From the IMG/VR virus record IMGVR_UViG_3300026881_000001, positions 1-50,075 of that record: DNA of 50,075 bases, one strand, 5' to 3'. A model generated the notes under the pieces. It was given only the letters and a program-made list of their open reading frames with translations, searched no databases and had not been told where the DNA came from. This DNA comes from a virus. Taxonomy: Duplodnaviria > Caudoviricetes. Positions 1 through 9,750 of this stretch are shown one piece after another. Every line of letters begins with the position of its first letter. Positions within the stretch are counted from its first letter, which is position 1. The translations under genes and the position numbers were made by a program.

Positions 1-107
1 TTTGGGACAGGGATAAGCATTGCAGCGGGGCCTAAGAACTTGCCGCATTCAATGCCTGTATTTTTTATTGTATTGGCGACTTTACACGCCTTAGTAGCAG
101 CTCCCAT
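1..107 (-). CDS. 5' fragment of putative major tail tube gene (cut by window edge)
   Basis: Matches 47842-47948, the start of the 309-aa ORF (MGAATKACKV...). Confidence 0.85.
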   Translation of the reverse strand, partial: MGAATKACKVANTIKNTGIECGKFLGPAAMLIPVP

Positions 108-125
108 AATTAATTTTTGTGAGGG

Positions 126-671
126 TTAACAATTACTTTTAAAAGGCTTATAGCTTATATCCATCTCAAACCTGAAAACATGGTAAGGGTGCATATCAGC
201 GAACTGTAACCGGTGATCTCTGCGAGAGCCGGCATACTCAGCCAGTGACTTTTCTACTCCTGTTACTTGTTTGGTAGGAATAAAACCAAAAGGATATTGA
301 TTGAGGATCTGGTGAACATCAAGCCTTACTTGTTCATCAAGTCTACCTCCTTTTATTTTTTCGAGATTCACGAAAAAGACCAGGTGCACAGTGGTTGTGT
401 TCAGTAATCCGATTTTAACGTCGCCAACACCGAAGAAAGAATGAGCTATCAGGGTATCATCTAAAAAGAGTTCTTTGTATTCATCTACCCCGGTATATAT
501 CTCAGCTATAAACCCGTCTTTGATCTTGTTTCTATAACAACGTGAGTAACATTGATAATCAAGATCATTGTTGATATTCCAGGCTTTCTTTAAAGCGGGA
601 TACATTTTCTTTTGTAGCCCGTCAATAGGAATATCAATACCTGCTACTATATCCTGTCGGGTTACTAACAT
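126..671 (-). CDS. Putative tail completion/terminator protein
   Basis: 181 aa between neck gene and tail tube gene; synonymous-biased divergence from its second copy supports coding; function from synteny only. Confidence 0.5.
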   Translation of the reverse strand: MLVTRQDIVAGIDIPIDGLQKKMYPALKKAWNINNDLDYQCYSRCYRNKIKDGFIAEIYTGVDEYKELFLDDTLIAHSFFGVGDVKIGLLNTTTVHLVFFVNLEKIKGGRLDEQVRLDVHQILNQYPFGFIPTKQVTGVEKSLAEYAGSRRDHRLQFADMHPYHVFRFEMDISYKPFKSNC

Positions 672-1785
672 TGAATTGACTTACGGTTAAAGCTTTTGGC
701 TTGGGGTAAAGTGATTTTTTAACTCTTTCCAGTTCTCTTGTGATACGCTGTTTTAAACCTGTTGTTTGCGGAGTATCTGGCAATGCCATAACTCCGTTAA
801 GATCAAGCTGTGCAGCAAACTGCGCTGTATTATCAGATAGAATGCGTTGCTTATCATTGCTCCGGGTATTGTACAGGATTTGTTCGATGCACATATAAGC
901 CATCGTAAGGCCGACCAATTCATCGAACAGAAAGGCTTTCTTTACTACCTGTTGTGTATGATCTCTAAAAGCGCTTACTTCCAGGTTAAAACCAAAGGGC
1001 AGTAAAGATTCGTACCGTTGGTTACGATCAAAATCTGTTACTAATCCTCCGTTATCATCCTTCAATTGGGCTGCGCTTACGGGCATAGCTAAAAACATAC
1101 ACGTCTTATTCCAATCCCATGTTTGTTCCTGGATTGCTCTTGCCCCGCCGAGATCATTTTGAAAATACCCCAAGTAGTACCGGTTACCTTTCGTACCGGC
1201 AGTTATATAGCTCAGAATACAATTAGATAAATCGACAACAGTGTTTTCATTCGCTTGCAGATCAATATCACCAGTCCATACAGGCGTTTTAACGCCATCT
1301 TTAAACAGGTAAAGCGTAAATGCACAATCAGTATCAAAAAGAAAAGTTGCACTGTTTATTTGAACAGAAACATCAAATGTGTTTGCTATTTTGATCTCGT
1401 ACCCAACAAATAACCCTGTATTATTAACAGGTTGATCATTCCTTGTAGCACGATTATACAATAGCGATTGTTCCAGGTATTCCGGTTCGTTCAATACACC
1501 ATTCAAAGAGCGTAATATAGCAGCTTGTTGCATCCGTTGTAGCAATGCGTTGAAAGCATCATCTGATATTTGCGGATCTTCCTGTACTGCTTTTAGGTTA
1601 TTGATATTTACCAGCGCATGAAAACTTCCATCGTTGAAAAACCTTCCACTCAATGACTTTAAATTCGCAGCATTCATAACAGGCGCTCCGGTAATGGTAG
1701 ATTGTAACCAACCTACCCTACCGATAAGCGCTTTGTTAATCTTGTCCAGATCAAAGCCATTGCTATATTGAAGTGTATCTGGCAT
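634..1785 (-). CDS. Putative head-tail connector/neck structural protein
   Basis: 383 aa downstream of capsid gene; conserved in second copy; function from synteny only. Confidence 0.5.
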   Translation of the reverse strand: MPDTLQYSNGFDLDKINKALIGRVGWLQSTITGAPVMNAANLKSLSGRFFNDGSFHALVNINNLKAVQEDPQISDDAFNALLQRMQQAAILRSLNGVLNEPEYLEQSLLYNRATRNDQPVNNTGLFVGYEIKIANTFDVSVQINSATFLFDTDCAFTLYLFKDGVKTPVWTGDIDLQANENTVVDLSNCILSYITAGTKGNRYYLGYFQNDLGGARAIQEQTWDWNKTCMFLAMPVSAAQLKDDNGGLVTDFDRNQRYESLLPFGFNLEVSAFRDHTQQVVKKAFLFDELVGLTMAYMCIEQILYNTRSNDKQRILSDNTAQFAAQLDLNGVMALPDTPQTTGLKQRITRELERVKKSLYPKPKALTVSQFNVSNPTGYSSRY

Positions 1786-2198
1786 TAAGGAGTTTGGTAC
1801 TTTTTAGGCACGTAATAAACTGTCAACACCGCCGACATGGTACCCGATCCTGTAGCAACCACCCGATAATATGTATCCGATGGAGCAGGCTTTGAAAACC
1901 TTATGGTATTAACTGCTATATCCGTTACTGTAACAGAATCAGTAGTAGTAAAGTGGCTATTGTCCAGGCAACTTTGCAGATACACTTTACCGGCTACAGT
2001 TCCAGAGATCTTTACAAGATTCGCCTGCACACCAAGGGTGGAATAACCTGCTGTTACTGTAAAAGCTTTGGTAACACTACCGGTGTTAACTACTGTATCG
2101 CCTGCAACAAGAGGCATTTTTGTTGGCTGTTGAGCCGAAATAGCTGTGATGGTGCATAAGGCAATCATCAACAGCATAAAACCTTTTTTCATTTTCAA
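1785..2198 (-). CDS. Small beta-rich protein with Sec signal peptide in the head module
   Basis: MKMKKGFMLLMIALCTITAISA|QQ signal peptide, Thr/Val-rich body; conserved in second copy. Confidence 0.7.
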   Translation of the reverse strand: MKMKKGFMLLMIALCTITAISAQQPTKMPLVAGDTVVNTGSVTKAFTVTAGYSTLGVQANLVKISGTVAGKVYLQSCLDNSHFTTTDSVTVTDIAVNTIRFSKPAPSDTYYRVVATGSGTMSAVLTVYYVPKKYQTP

Positions 2199-2239
2199 TA
2201 ATTGAATAGTGATGAAATTGTTTTAACGCAGATGATTGC

Positions 2240-3262
2240 TTATGCTACCTGTGCCAATTCGTAAATAACGGATTCGCTGTTAGCACCACTCAGCGGAGCT
2301 TTGTTAAATGAAGTATCCAGGGAAACTTCAAATTCCATAGTAACGTCCTGAGTATTACCATTCGTTGCGGATGTATCGGATCTCTGTGCATAGCCATGTA
2401 ACGCGAACGTTAAACCCAAGCCCCATGGATCGCTGATAGTTCCAAAGCCACCATTATAAGAGTTGTAATCACCCCAACCATTACGGTTTTGTTTAGGAAT
2501 CCACGTTAACGCACATGTGGTTTGTGAAGGCATAGCCAGAACGATACCTGCGGGATAGTTAGCGTCTGCTAATTCAATGCTTTCAGCGATGTTTAAACCA
2601 TTGAACTGGAATGCAAGATTGCTTTGGTTACCGGCACCTTGTGCAGCCTGGTATTCAGCACTTACATACATCAAGCTATCAGCTATCACATCCAATTGGC
2701 CTTTGTACTTGTTCTGTTTCATAACAGATTTAACCAACTGGTAGAACTGATTTTTGCTATCTGCTGTAATCTCTGTAACATCAGTTGCAGCGTTGAACGT
2801 TGCGCCTTTCAATGCAGCGCTAAACTGGGTACGTTGTGCTAACAGGTAGTTGATAGTTGCGGTTTCCAAGTCCTCCACAATGTTCATCATACATTGTTCC
2901 AGCTTATTAGCAAGAACAGCGTTGAACTCAAACACGGAGTTATCCAGTAATTTTAAGGAAATAGTAGTTTTGTCCGCTTTTGTTCCCCACGTAAGGGTGA
3001 CTTTTTGTGAATCATCAATAGTACCTGTGTGATTGTAAGAACGGGCGTTTGTAGTAGCTCTTTTAGTACGTGTTAACAGGTGAGCTTCAATAGGACGATC
3101 TTCCCTTGTACGTAATACAGCGGCTGATTCCATCATAAAGTCAGTGTTACCGGTAAGGAGAGCGTAAGCCGGGCATGGCTTCATACGCATTTCGGGCTTG
3201 GAGTACTTATCGTTTAAGATTGTTTGTGCAGTAACCAAGTTTCCCGTAGAAAAATTTGCCAT
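2240..3262 (-). CDS. Major capsid protein
   Basis: 340 aa directly after scaffold-like gene; size, composition and position are typical of an HK97-fold MCP. Confidence 0.75.
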   Translation of the reverse strand: MANFSTGNLVTAQTILNDKYSKPEMRMKPCPAYALLTGNTDFMMESAAVLRTREDRPIEAHLLTRTKRATTNARSYNHTGTIDDSQKVTLTWGTKADKTTISLKLLDNSVFEFNAVLANKLEQCMMNIVEDLETATINYLLAQRTQFSAALKGATFNAATDVTEITADSKNQFYQLVKSVMKQNKYKGQLDVIADSLMYVSAEYQAAQGAGNQSNLAFQFNGLNIAESIELADANYPAGIVLAMPSQTTCALTWIPKQNRNGWGDYNSYNGGFGTISDPWGLGLTFALHGYAQRSDTSATNGNTQDVTMEFEVSLDTSFNKAPLSGANSESVIYELAQVA

Positions 3263-3284
3263 TGTTTTTGGGAGTTAACAATAG

Positions 3285-3331
3285 TTGCCCATCACCTTGG
3301 GCGAATACCCCGAGACCAGCACCTTGGTCTC
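3285..3331 (-). promoter_or_regulatory. Twin RNA hairpins in capsid 5' leader
   Basis: mRNA GAGACCA-AGGUGC-UGGUCUC followed by GCCCA-AGGUGA-UGGGC; same CCA/UGG closing pairs and near-identical loops, ending about 22 nt before the ATG. Confidence 0.6.
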
Positions 3332-3477
3332 AATTTTTATTTTTTCCTTGCCAACATATACCACCGGGACTTAACCCTTTACATTGACAGTGTAAAAGTG
3401 AAGAGAAAAAAAACAACTACCAAAACAAATTAGTAATTACTTTAATATTTAGTAAAATACGCCATTATTGGGGAATT

Positions 3478-3506
3478 AAAAAAGCCACTTGTTATGGTGG
3501 CTTTTT
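3478..3506. terminator. Intrinsic terminator after scaffold gene (potentially bidirectional)
   Basis: aaaaaagccac-ttgttatg-gtggcttttt. Confidence 0.75.
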
Positions 3507-3526
3507 ATCAGTATGCTTAATGTTTA

Positions 3527-4342
3527 TTATGCGTTTAAATCAAAGTCAGGATTCTCTTTTTTTATCTTCTGTGCTTCTGCCTGAAACTCTTGCCCGTTAG
3601 CACTTTTGCCCTGGCTTTCATAATGCTTTTGCAACTCACTAAGCTTCGTAAATACAACTTTATGTTTAGAATCGCCACCGCCTCTACCTCCTCCACCTGG
3701 TGCCTCAAACATCAGTTTATTTTCTTTGGCAAAATTTGTGATCACGTCTTTAACAGGAATAACTTTTGCTACATTATCTTTAATAACATCATCACCTTTC
3801 ACGGCAACTAATTGGCCATTTTCGATTTTAAAGTCAATACCTTTTGCACGCATGATAGAAACAACTGTATCTACGTCAGCAGCATTTTCACCTAGGGAAG
3901 GTAATGCTTTGAATATCTCACGATCAACCATTGCGGCGTTTGTTTCTTTGTCTTTCGTCTGCAACTGAGTTGTTAAAGTAGTATTCTGTGTGCGCAGGGT
4001 TTCAATATCCTTTTCTAACGCGATTACCTTCTTATCAGGTTCGATTTTAGCATCATCTAATGCCTTTTTTTGTGCTGCCGTAATCAGTCCTTCTATAGTC
4101 TTGCCCTGTGTGTCGAGGTTAAGTTTTTCTTTTACGTCTTTAACGGCCATTTCTACACCTTTTGTCTTCCCGTTGTCATATTCTGCATCTTTAACCCTTT
4201 TAAGCTCTGCTTCATCCAATACCGTTAAGTTTTGAGGTATTGTTAACGATACTTCCTTTTCGTCTTTTAACGCCGCCTCGAAATCATTTTCTGGAATTCT
4301 AAGCGTTTTGGCAATAAATTTTTTTTGCTCTACTGTAAGCAT
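3527..4342 (-). CDS. Capsid scaffolding protein
   Basis: 271 aa, charged coiled coil with GGGGRGGG linker near C-terminus, immediately upstream of MCP. Confidence 0.7.
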   Translation of the reverse strand: MLTVEQKKFIAKTLRIPENDFEAALKDEKEVSLTIPQNLTVLDEAELKRVKDAEYDNGKTKGVEMAVKDVKEKLNLDTQGKTIEGLITAAQKKALDDAKIEPDKKVIALEKDIETLRTQNTTLTTQLQTKDKETNAAMVDREIFKALPSLGENAADVDTVVSIMRAKGIDFKIENGQLVAVKGDDVIKDNVAKVIPVKDVITNFAKENKLMFEAPGGGGRGGGDSKHKVVFTKLSELQKHYESQGKSANGQEFQAEAQKIKKENPDFDLNA

Positions 4343-4390
4343 ATAGTCAGTTTTAATTCTTTGTGAGTAAATAAGATTAAAAGAAGCTGA

Positions 4391-4810
4391 TTACTCAGCT
4401 TCAAAATACATAATGTAATGGCCGCCCTGTTTAAGTTCTGCGGCTGTCTTACCGGCTTCGTTCAATTGTTCAACCGCATCAGCGTGTAGCTTTACGTTTG
4501 AACGAAGTTTTTTAAGCTTTTCAATCGTTTTGTTATCCTTGGGGCCGGTAGCTTCAACACGCCATTCCTCATAAACTTTATGCTTGTAATCACCTTCTAC
4601 TACTGTAGCTGTTTTCTTTGCCGGCTTTGGTGCTGGTTTATTTTCACCAGGAGGATTTGCATTATAGATCCTGATTTCTTCAAGCACTTCGGTAATTTCT
4701 TCTTCACTTAGACCTTTTTCATCGGTCTGTAATGCTGTTAATAGTTCTTCCCCTGCAAGAATATTGTATTTCTTCACAAGAGCTGCTTTGATTCTATGAT
4801 GTAAAGCCAT
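4391..4810 (-). CDS. Hypothetical phage protein
   Basis: 139 aa, co-oriented, A-rich start context. Confidence 0.65.
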   Translation of the reverse strand: MALHHRIKAALVKKYNILAGEELLTALQTDEKGLSEEEITEVLEEIRIYNANPPGENKPAPKPAKKTATVVEGDYKHKVYEEWRVEATGPKDNKTIEKLKKLRSNVKLHADAVEQLNEAGKTAAELKQGGHYIMYFEAE

Positions 4811-4846
4811 AATTGTAAATGTTTATATTGGTTAGTAAATAATTGA

Positions 4847-5116
4847 CTACTTAAACGGGTTCTCCACTTGTGGGTGAAAAGGTGGGTGAGTATCACCAAC
4901 AAATAAGATATAGATGCCACCGGTCTGTTGTATCTCTTCTAATTCCTCTTTGTTCAGTTTCCAAAAGGAACAAACTCCACGCATGCCATCAGGGTATTTA
5001 AACCTTGCTATCGGTAAATCACTACATTCCTCTTCGGTCATATCCGCAGGCTTTCTTAAAACATCATTGCTTTCAGGAAATTCAAATGGTAACATATTAG
5101 TTAGTTTGGTTTGCAT
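4847..5116 (-). CDS. Hypothetical phage protein
   Basis: 89 aa in a chain of overlapping ORFs. Confidence 0.6.
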   Translation of the reverse strand: MQTKLTNMLPFEFPESNDVLRKPADMTEEECSDLPIARFKYPDGMRGVCSFWKLNKEELEEIQQTGGIYILFVGDTHPPFHPQVENPFK

Positions 5117-5348
5117 ATTTGACAGCTTCTTCCTGCACTACAATAAGGCCACATACAAAATTGTTCATCAGGTATTTGCGCCTATCCTCATCCTGCACTT
5201 TCGTTAGGTCTATTGTAATAGTTTTGTCTTCAGGTAGGAAATCCTGCTTTACCTGGTCGATAAAGTCAGTACGGCCATGGATGAACTCAATGGCTTTATC
5301 TAAAGCTCCTTCGTGGTATTCTATCTCAATAGTTAATTTATTTTTCAT
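5097..5348 (-). CDS. Hypothetical phage protein
   Basis: 83 aa, ATGA overlap with upstream ORF. Confidence 0.6.
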   Translation of the reverse strand: MKNKLTIEIEYHEGALDKAIEFIHGRTDFIDQVKQDFLPEDKTITIDLTKVQDEDRRKYLMNNFVCGLIVVQEEAVKYANQTN

Positions 5349-5551
5349 GCTTTCATTTTGGTTTCAAAATCTATTTCTGTTGACAACTCGGCTTCGTAGT
5401 GATAAGATTGAAAAGTGCCGCATATCAATTCGTATAAAATGGACTTATCGACACAAACCTTTATACCGGTAATGAGCCTTTTTCGTTGTTCTGGATCTGT
5501 AACCAGATAAACTATTTCGCCAAGCTCATATCTGTTATCTATCACTACCAT
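5345..5551 (-). CDS. Hypothetical phage protein
   Basis: 68 aa, TAATG coupling to the portal stop codon. Confidence 0.6.
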   Translation of the reverse strand: MVVIDNRYELGEIVYLVTDPEQRKRLITGIKVCVDKSILYELICGTFQSYHYEAELSTEIDFETKMKA

Positions 5552-7311
5552 TAGTTCACTGTTTCCTCCACTGTATTGCCCTGCTTAATGGCAGCTATGG
5601 CAGCGGTCGCTTTTTGCTGCTCCAATTGAATAGCTGCCTGGTCTTGTCTGCCCTGTTGGATAGCTGCCAGTTTAGCAGTAGCATACTGAGTAAGAGAATC
5701 CGCAAGCATGGGCAGTGTATAAATCAATGGCTCGTTATTGATCAACGTATTTGCCCACTCCCAGAAATAAAGCTTTTTGATATAGTCAAGTTCCAGCTCT
5801 ACCAGCGGTTCGCATTGCGCTATTGTTAAATGCACAAACGGTTCTAATGCCATAAACTTTAGCATCTTGGTAAGCGTGATAGGATCGCCCTGGTATTTTG
5901 TTTCGAGGTAATCCCGTAACAAATCGTCCAGCGTAGCTTGCGGTGCTCCGTCTTTGCGTGCTCCTGAATATCTTAACCAGGCTTCATCTTCATTATAGAT
6001 AAGATACCTGCGGCCATAGTTAATTGAAGAACCGGTATAGGCTAACTGCTTTAAATTGATCATGATAGCCATATCAGCGATAAACTTGTGCCGCTTTTCC
6101 GCACTCTCTGATATACTCGTAAGACGGGCCACTAAAGGTTGGTTGTCGTCTTTTATCTCCGTTGCAGTTTTAGAAGGCTGGCTATTTGCATCCGGGCCGA
6201 TCGCCTGGTGCTTATCTGTTATGCCCCACAGGGTGAAGTTCATTAAATCTTCTAACAGCCCCAGTTCAGTAGTAGATATTTCGTAATAAGTTTTTGAAGG
6301 TTCGACATAACCTGCTACGTTAGGAGTAACAATAGGATCATCTTTTGATTGAGGGTATTGCATCAATTTAGAATCGCTCACCTTAGTCATTAACGATCGA
6401 CCTGTGCCTTTACATTTCGTGCATGGGTCTGCATCCTTATAGCCCGTTCCTTTACATTCCATGCAGTCGTCGGCATATTCCCAATACTTCGGAAACCCGT
6501 GTAAAAATTCGTGTGTTACTTTGATCGAACCTTTTAACAGGAAGTGGTCTGCCAGCTCCTTCAAATCATCGAACAGGCTTACCCGGATAGTTTCATCTTG
6601 CCCAGTTGTAAAATCACTGTTCATTATAGCCGGTACACTGCCAAAATAGTTAGGGAACGTTAAATCGTTTAAGACGATTACATCGCCATTATCCTTCTTA
6701 ACGATATAATCAAAAGCATCATCTACAATCCTGTACGCTTCATAGTCTACATCTACCCCATACGCCTGTTTATCGTTCTGTGATAATTTGAAGCATACGT
6801 AATCTAACGACGAGCCTTTCGGTGCCGGGTAATCATAAATATCACAAATGGCTTTGTAAGTAGGAAACGCAATGCCGAATGTTGAATCTGTACCATTACC
6901 AACCTCCATAAAGATTAATCCCATGGGATCGTCTTTTAAATGCGTTAGCCAAAAGTGCTGCACCCATTGTTTCGTTGAATAGCCATTGGTAATATTCAGG
7001 TTCATTGCTGCAGCTCTACCGGTAGTGGCGTTATCAAGGTTATAATAAACTGAACCACCACGCGCAGAAAATACTTTATCGCAGTTACGGCCTAACCTGG
7101 CAAATAAATCTTTATTACTCTTTGCGTATTTTACCCGCAAGGTTTGCAATGTGGCACTTTCCATACCGTCAATAGTCGTTAATGCCCCTGTCAGGTTTTC
7201 GCCGTACAAGTGCATACGCATTGCTTTGTTATAATCCACACCCTTTTGAATAAGCGCCTTGTTAGGGTTATCCAGTATGATGCTTTTGATTTGCGGGTAA
7301 GAAAGTACCAT
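5551..7311 (-). CDS. Portal protein with inserted DnaJ-type zinc finger
   Basis: 586 aa directly after terL; CMECKGTG...CTKCKGTG motif pair. Confidence 0.75.
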   Translation of the reverse strand: MVLSYPQIKSIILDNPNKALIQKGVDYNKAMRMHLYGENLTGALTTIDGMESATLQTLRVKYAKSNKDLFARLGRNCDKVFSARGGSVYYNLDNATTGRAAAMNLNITNGYSTKQWVQHFWLTHLKDDPMGLIFMEVGNGTDSTFGIAFPTYKAICDIYDYPAPKGSSLDYVCFKLSQNDKQAYGVDVDYEAYRIVDDAFDYIVKKDNGDVIVLNDLTFPNYFGSVPAIMNSDFTTGQDETIRVSLFDDLKELADHFLLKGSIKVTHEFLHGFPKYWEYADDCMECKGTGYKDADPCTKCKGTGRSLMTKVSDSKLMQYPQSKDDPIVTPNVAGYVEPSKTYYEISTTELGLLEDLMNFTLWGITDKHQAIGPDANSQPSKTATEIKDDNQPLVARLTSISESAEKRHKFIADMAIMINLKQLAYTGSSINYGRRYLIYNEDEAWLRYSGARKDGAPQATLDDLLRDYLETKYQGDPITLTKMLKFMALEPFVHLTIAQCEPLVELELDYIKKLYFWEWANTLINNEPLIYTLPMLADSLTQYATAKLAAIQQGRQDQAAIQLEQQKATAAIAAIKQGNTVEETVN

Positions 7312-7322
7312 AGTGTTATAGT

Positions 7323-8807
7323 TTAAGCGGCATAACTGCCAACTCGTTTTTTCCTGGCTCTGTATTGTGCGAATAATGCTGCCAATACTGTTGTTATGAA
7401 ATATCGTTTTGCATCAGAGAAGTGGCCGTAACGTTCATAGCTTATACCAAGTTCCTTGTCTGGCTTTCTCTCTTTCAACACTTTACCTGTCATGTCCTCC
7501 TTTGTCATACAGTAATCGTCTATACTGGTCCTACACGTTACGTTAATTTCAATCTTCCAACCATCGATTAGTCCATCGTATATATCGTTAATGAAATCAC
7601 CGGATAAAGAAACCTGCGGTGCCGATTTCTGTACACGGTTATGTATTCGCCATTTCTCTTTATTGCCAAGTGTATCAATGAACTTTTCAAAAAAACTTTT
7701 ACCGTTATCGTCTACTGTTGATTTTGCGTTAGCTGATGGATCACCATAGATAAAAACTGCATCTTTATAACCAATCGACGTTAACCATTTACTCAACTTC
7801 AATGCTGCTTTAGCGGCTGTATTGTCGGGTGCTCTGCATGGTATCTCATGTAACTGCCTGATAACCTTTTTCTTTTCATCTATCTGCCAAACGGACACTG
7901 TTACATAAGGCTGTACGTTATTGTCGAGTGATACGTGTATAGTTCCTTCACGATATGGTGCTAATACTTTGACATGCACACTCTCATCAAACGACTTCCA
8001 AAACTCACTGCCTGTTCTTACCAATCCCCATTCACCTAAACCGTATATCCGGTAATCATTGGGTTTATGCTTTTTATCCCATTCAAAATCAGCTACTACG
8101 TGTTCATCGTAAAATCCTACATCTGGTTTACCTGAAGGATGGCCTACTACCCAGAAATTATCTTTGTAGGTAACCCGGATCAACAGCATATTCCCGGTTT
8201 TGTTAATTCGCACAAATGACGTTTCCGCGTCCAGCTTACAATACTTCGTTGGTGCGTTTAAATCCGGTATTTCAAAGTCTTCCCACTCTTCTTTGTCCAG
8301 TATCTCGGTCTTGATCCAATGTGTTTGTATAATTGGGTTCCAGTCGGCAATAATCTTTTGCCCTCTCATACCTCTAAGCCTTTTCTTTCCCTGGTTAAAG
8401 TCTGCCTGGTCAAACAGGGAAAATTCATTGTAGTAGAGATATTTAAACCCTTTCAATCCTTTTAACTTCTCTGATTCATCCAATCCACGAAACCGGATAA
8501 TAGCCCCGTTAGCGTATCGTATCAGGCGTTTAATGAACTTCTGTATAAACCCCATTTTCATTATACCGCCAACCTCTTTAAAATCGGCATACACACTATC
8601 TTCAATGTCAACGCCAAACTTTCTGAGAACCATTGTTGAGGCTTTCCACTCTGCTGCTTCTATTGATAGCGCCTGGGTTATAGTGTACGTCTTTGATGCC
8701 GATGAACCGCCATAGATAAAGATGTAACGTATCTTATCCTGTTTAAGCGCCCACTGTAGTATCCAGAACAGCGGGTTAAATAGGTATCTATGAAATTTAA
8801 AGTGCAT
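7323..8807 (-). CDS. terL: Terminase large subunit (PBSX-like)
   Basis: Walker A IYGGSSASKT, FRGLDESEKLKG, Walker B-like YLYYNE, WNP, C-terminal nuclease motif HFSDAKRY. Confidence 0.93.
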   Translation of the reverse strand: MHFKFHRYLFNPLFWILQWALKQDKIRYIFIYGGSSASKTYTITQALSIEAAEWKASTMVLRKFGVDIEDSVYADFKEVGGIMKMGFIQKFIKRLIRYANGAIIRFRGLDESEKLKGLKGFKYLYYNEFSLFDQADFNQGKKRLRGMRGQKIIADWNPIIQTHWIKTEILDKEEWEDFEIPDLNAPTKYCKLDAETSFVRINKTGNMLLIRVTYKDNFWVVGHPSGKPDVGFYDEHVVADFEWDKKHKPNDYRIYGLGEWGLVRTGSEFWKSFDESVHVKVLAPYREGTIHVSLDNNVQPYVTVSVWQIDEKKKVIRQLHEIPCRAPDNTAAKAALKLSKWLTSIGYKDAVFIYGDPSANAKSTVDDNGKSFFEKFIDTLGNKEKWRIHNRVQKSAPQVSLSGDFINDIYDGLIDGWKIEINVTCRTSIDDYCMTKEDMTGKVLKERKPDKELGISYERYGHFSDAKRYFITTVLAALFAQYRARKKRVGSYAA

Positions 8808-9403
8808 TATTCGTCTTCAGGCTCATCCTCATCACCGTAATAACTTACTTTGATCTCGTCTTTCTTCTGTTTGTTATCAAGCTCAAAAATGCCCAAATGT
8901 TTACCTAAGCTTTCAAGCGCCTTCACTTTATCGTGCAGTTTTAATTCAATGCCATTACGGCCATGCTTGATAGACGCAATGGCAGGGATCTTCTCAGGAT
9001 CAACATCGTCAGTTTTGAATATATCAACGTGTTTAATTGATCGCGTTACCTGTTTACGTTCATCAAGTATGTCGTCTATATCATCAATATCGTCTATATC
9101 ATCTTCCTGTGCGGCTAACGGATCTTCGTAAGTAAGTTCTTCGACTTTCAGGAAGTCAGTAATACGAGAAAAGCCGATAGTAGCTAACTCGTAGATAACC
9201 ATATCGGCTGTTATTTCAACACGCTTTGATCTTTTCTTGATTAGTTCTTTTATCCGCTGCTGTACTTCAGGATCATCCATCAACCTGGAAGAAATTTCGT
9301 TAGCGCTTCTCTCGGAAAAGCCGGCACGTATAGCCGCCTTTCTTTGGGAAAGATCGACTATGTATTCTTCGCAGAAACGTGCTCGCTGATTAGAAAGGGG
9401 CAT
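8807..9403 (-). CDS. terS: Terminase small subunit
   Basis: RFCEEYIVDLSQRKAAIRAGFS HTH, and KLHDKVKALESLGKHLGIF. Confidence 0.93.
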   Translation of the reverse strand: MPLSNQRARFCEEYIVDLSQRKAAIRAGFSERSANEISSRLMDDPEVQQRIKELIKKRSKRVEITADMVIYELATIGFSRITDFLKVEELTYEDPLAAQEDDIDDIDDIDDILDERKQVTRSIKHVDIFKTDDVDPEKIPAIASIKHGRNGIELKLHDKVKALESLGKHLGIFELDNKQKKDEIKVSYYGDEDEPEDE

Positions 9404-9459
9404 TGACTGATTACTAATTTTTATAGTTATGTGGAATTACCTGAACTAACTTCATTAGC

Positions 9460-9467
9460 CAAAACTA
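9460..9467 (-). promoter_or_regulatory. Candidate Bacteroidota -7 promoter element upstream of terS
   Basis: Minus-strand TAGTTTTG matches TAnnTTTG, in the intergenic gap. Confidence 0.45.
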
Positions 9468-9504
9468 TCAAATAAAAAAGTCATAACAATGATTACTCTA
9501 ATAT

Positions 9505-9723
9505 TTAGCAGGATACTAAATTATGTCGTCTTCTAACTAAGTCGTCCAGCGTCTTTGAGTGATATTCAGCAAGCTTTATAAGCTCTGTAAATGCTGGTTC
9601 ACTTTTGCCCTCTTCCCACTTCGCATACCTTTTAATAGTTATCTCTAATTCTTGCGAAATCTGGTACTGTGTCTTATGCTTTACTTTACGTAATAGCTTC
9701 AAGTTGTCAGAAAAAATGCTCAT
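9505..9723 (-). CDS. XRE-family HTH regulator (possible late regulator)
   Basis: NLKLLRK..TQYQISQELEITIKRYAKWEEGKSEP. Confidence 0.88.
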   Translation of the reverse strand: MSIFSDNLKLLRKVKHKTQYQISQELEITIKRYAKWEEGKSEPAFTELIKLAEYHSKTLDDLVRRRHNLVSC

Positions 9724-9750
9724 AGCGCTTCGGGTTTATTGGTTAATTAA

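Larger units (their letters stand above)
1..2234. repeat. Diverged direct repeat, copy 1 (copy 2 at 47842-50075)
   Basis: ORFs 126/634/1785 recur at 47967/48475/49626 with a constant offset of 47841; many synonymous changes; about 5, 15 and 5 aa differences. Confidence 0.97.
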
